Source of the DNA: Thalia democratica
Lineage: Eukaryota
Reading direction: 5' to 3'
Assembly (NCBI GenBank): GCA_965202585.1
Contig: OZ241826.1
Span: 100,812,001-100,852,274, forward strand
Length of the DNA stretch: 40,274 bases
The notes beneath the pieces are model-generated. The model saw only the letters and a list, made by a program, of their open reading frames with translations, was not told where the DNA came from and did not search any database. A program made the translations under genes and the position numbers. Within the stretch, counting starts at the first letter, position 1. Every line of letters begins with the position of its first letter. Positions 37,327 through 40,274 of the stretch are shown here, piece after piece.

Positions 37327-38074
37327 GTTCGTTTTTAAATTCAGTTTCTCACACTTAAGTATAGAACTGCATGTACTAAAGTTCAAGCACGTCACAATAA
37401 AAAAAGGTAAAAACATTTTATCATCTAACTATTTCATTAATATTCGCAATATAAGTAGTTAAAGACTTAATGATTTAATAACATAAGTTATTTATTAATT
37501 GTTATCAAAACAGATATAGTACGCATAATGATTTACTACATTCATAAAAGACAATTTCAAATTCAGTTATAAAAATTTTATTCAGCGTTATTTCACCATT
37601 GTTGTACGTAAAATTGAAGCATTGTTTTTCTAATTTTACATAATCATTAAGTAAACTAATAAAACAATTTAGAAATAAATAAAACACAGTAACTGCAATA
37701 ATAATTAAAAAAAAAAATGCCTAAAGTTAACAAATTACGACTGTATATAAATAAAAATAAAAAATTAATGAAAATAAACATTGTATCATTTAAAACAATA
37801 AATAAAATACATTAAAAAACAAGAAAAATTGTAACTAAAATTGTTATGTTTAAGATGCAAAATATTTATTATTGAAATCGATATGATTTAGAACAATGTT
37901 AATTAAGTTTTTCATAACACTTTTAACTTTAATTTTTTTTTTTTAAATTAGTTGTTGCACAAGCCGAGCACGTACTGAATTAAGCAATATATATGATCGT
38001 TGTATAGCATTGAAGACTTTATTGCAATTCTTTCTTTGTTCATCTGACTAACTGTTGTTTTCTGTACTCTTCAG

Positions 38075-38139
38075 TATAATGATCCTAAAATCTGTTTTTA
38101 AAGTCGTTTGGACGTCATTACGAGATAAAAAATGCTGTA
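38075..38139 (+). CDS. Candidate first coding exon (MILKSVFKVVWTSLRDKKCC, ends phase 1)
   Basis: ttttctgtactcttcag|TATA ATG (ATG at 38079), 20 codons plus 1 nt, A|GTAAGC donor at 38140. Confidence 0.45.
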
Positions 38140-38272
38140 GTAAGCACGCTAGTATGCTTTGTCTACTATGTGGTGTTAACTAGCAAGAATTTGTTATATT
38201 TTTTATTCGAGAATATATCCGCTAAAAAGAGCACGTTAATAGAAGTTCTGTCCGCTATTCGACGCCTTATAA

Positions 38273-38618
38273 CAGGGTCAGCAAGCTGCGGGCCCGCGGG
38301 CCAAATGCAATTTTCAAATCCAAGAGCTGCGGCACCCGAGGTACTTTTTAGCTGAAATCATACTTTTTTGAAACAATAAGAAAAAGTTTTGTAATAAAAA
38401 CTTTAAATCAGGCTTTAAATTCAATAAATACTCCTTACTAGTGATTTACTGTTGATTATTTTGTAGTATTGTTCGTTCAAAACAGTATTTTATACGGATT
38501 ATTACAATTATCTCAAAATAACTGCAGCCCTTAAAGACTTATTTCTAAATAGTGCGGTCACTGAATAATTTTCTCTAGAAAAATTGGTCCGAGAGATACA
38601 AAAGGGTTGCCGGCCTTG
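38273..38618. mobile_element. Non-autonomous hAT element (MITE), ~346 bp
   Basis: Left end CAGGGTCAGCAAGCTGCGGGCCCGCGGGCCAAATGC and right end AAAGGGTTGCCGGCCTTG resemble the CAGGGGTCGGCAAC...GCGGCCC termini of hAT/Charlie-type elements. The 8-bp flanks ccttataa and ctttagag match at 5 of 8 positions. Confidence 0.75.
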
Positions 38619-40274
38619 CTTTAGAGTAATAATATCTTATTTTAGTAAGCAAAAAACTATCCGCTCTACTGTGCTATCGAGTAATCAAATTATCCACAAG
38701 GTTGTGCTATATTGTAATAGACAGTTAAAAGGAACACAATTTTAAGCGTTGCTTGATGCTAGTAAGCAGATGTTTTGTCTATTTAGTCAAATGAGATGCG
38801 CTTGATAATAATTAAATTAACACATTAACAAAATTTCTGAACACAAATTTAGCTTACATTGTTTAAATGATTAGAAAACATGTTTTTATAGCTTTTCTTA
38901 CGCATGAGTTATATACTGTTTTGAATAGTTCGTTTGTAAAAAAATTTTAAAACATAATATTTTGTTATTGAGTTTACACAAAAATTGCTCATGAATAATA
39001 TTCTAATCTATTTTTTTTAATAAATAAGTGTGTTTAAAAAAAACTATATTTATGTTTACTTTATTAGTTTTTAAAAGTTTTAACTTACATTAGATATAAA
39101 TACAATAATTTTTTCCAACATTTCCACTTATATTTTTATTTATAATCTAGCCCTTAATGGTTCTTAATAAACCACTTATAATAAACAAAGTACTTTTTTT
39201 GAAGTTTATGAAAATTTAACATTAAAATTTCTTCTTTATTACAATTACTACAATATTTAAAAATTAACTTTACAAGTAGTTATTAAAATCCTTGCTTAAA
39301 AAAGCGTTCTTACAAGAAAAGAGCTGTAGAATAACTTACTTTACAAAGATAGACTAAATGATGAAGAAAACTAAATTGAAATTTCGAATGATCACTGGTT
39401 TGTTCTGGATTTAAGCTCCAATACCTTGTAAAGTAATTAATGTTAAGCGCAAAATATATCTAGTAATAGTAAAAATATTTATAATCAAGTTATAAAGTGT
39501 TATGTTAGTAACTAATATAATGAATTCTATCAAAAAGTTGTAGAAAATATTTTAAAATTATGTAATAAAATTCTTTCAGACGTTAAAAGACAACACATGT
39601 GTATTAAATATATTCACAAAGTTTATGTTTAGTCACTATATTGTTATATTTGCAAATTAAAATTTAAAATTTTTTTGATTTTTTTACGAAAAATAATTTA
39701 GTATCAATTTAATGTATTCATATTAATATATATAATAAATATATATCAACTGTATTAATATATCAATCAAAATTCTTTCATGTTTTTTTACATATAGCAG
39801 GCGATTAAAATAAATAAATACAATTTTTCTTACAACTTAGTTAATACGTTCTTAGAAAAAAAACTTAATTTAGTAAAAATTTTAAGACGTTTACGTATAG
39901 AAAAGAGTTATGTCATATTTATTTCAAATTATAATCTATTGTACTATTATCATTATTTTAAAAAAACTAGTACAAATATTATTGTGAGGGAAACAACTTA
40001 TCCAAATGCTTCTAAACTGTAATTTTTTTCAAAAATTTTAAAGTTATATTTGAAAGTTATGTAGCAAAGAAAAAGTCTGTTTGAGAAAAAACTATATTTC
40101 TCGTTTTATTAAACAACGCAAAAATTTAAAATCGCTAATTTTTTCTCTCACAGTGTTTTTATGTAAATGGAGTAAAAATGTTTTGCTAAGTTTAAAAATT
40201 TATGAAGTAACTATCTTTAGACTTGTAGACTAATAATAAAAGAATAAGTTAAGTTTGGATTTAATAAAGATGAT

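Overview
Very AT-rich, intron-dominated eukaryotic (animal) DNA. Composition and repeat types suggest a Hydra-like cnidarian, which is an inference. There is no long intact ORF, and most ORF-track calls are fragments of decayed mobile elements or artefacts of tandem repeats. Four things can be supported. (1) Scattered short + strand exon candidates with good GT-AG sites, several of them ATG-containing and ending in phase 1, probably the extended 5' region of one unidentified host gene. (2) A decayed Ty3/gypsy gag-protease-RT-RNase H relic on the - strand (~10.1-12.8 kb). (3) A ~4 kb - strand unit with LTR-like ends, a tRNA-Thr-like PBS and a degenerate gag-like ORF running in frame into an intronless Y-box-type cold-shock domain, with no pol (~20.3-24.3 kb). 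This is the most unusual object in the window. (4) A head-to-head pair of Penelope-like GIY-YIG 3' ends forming a ~500 bp-arm inverted repeat, four arrays of a ~15-16 bp TTTTGCAC repeat in two inverted pairs, a hAT MITE and local duplications. All alignments and identities were judged by eye and no database searches were run.
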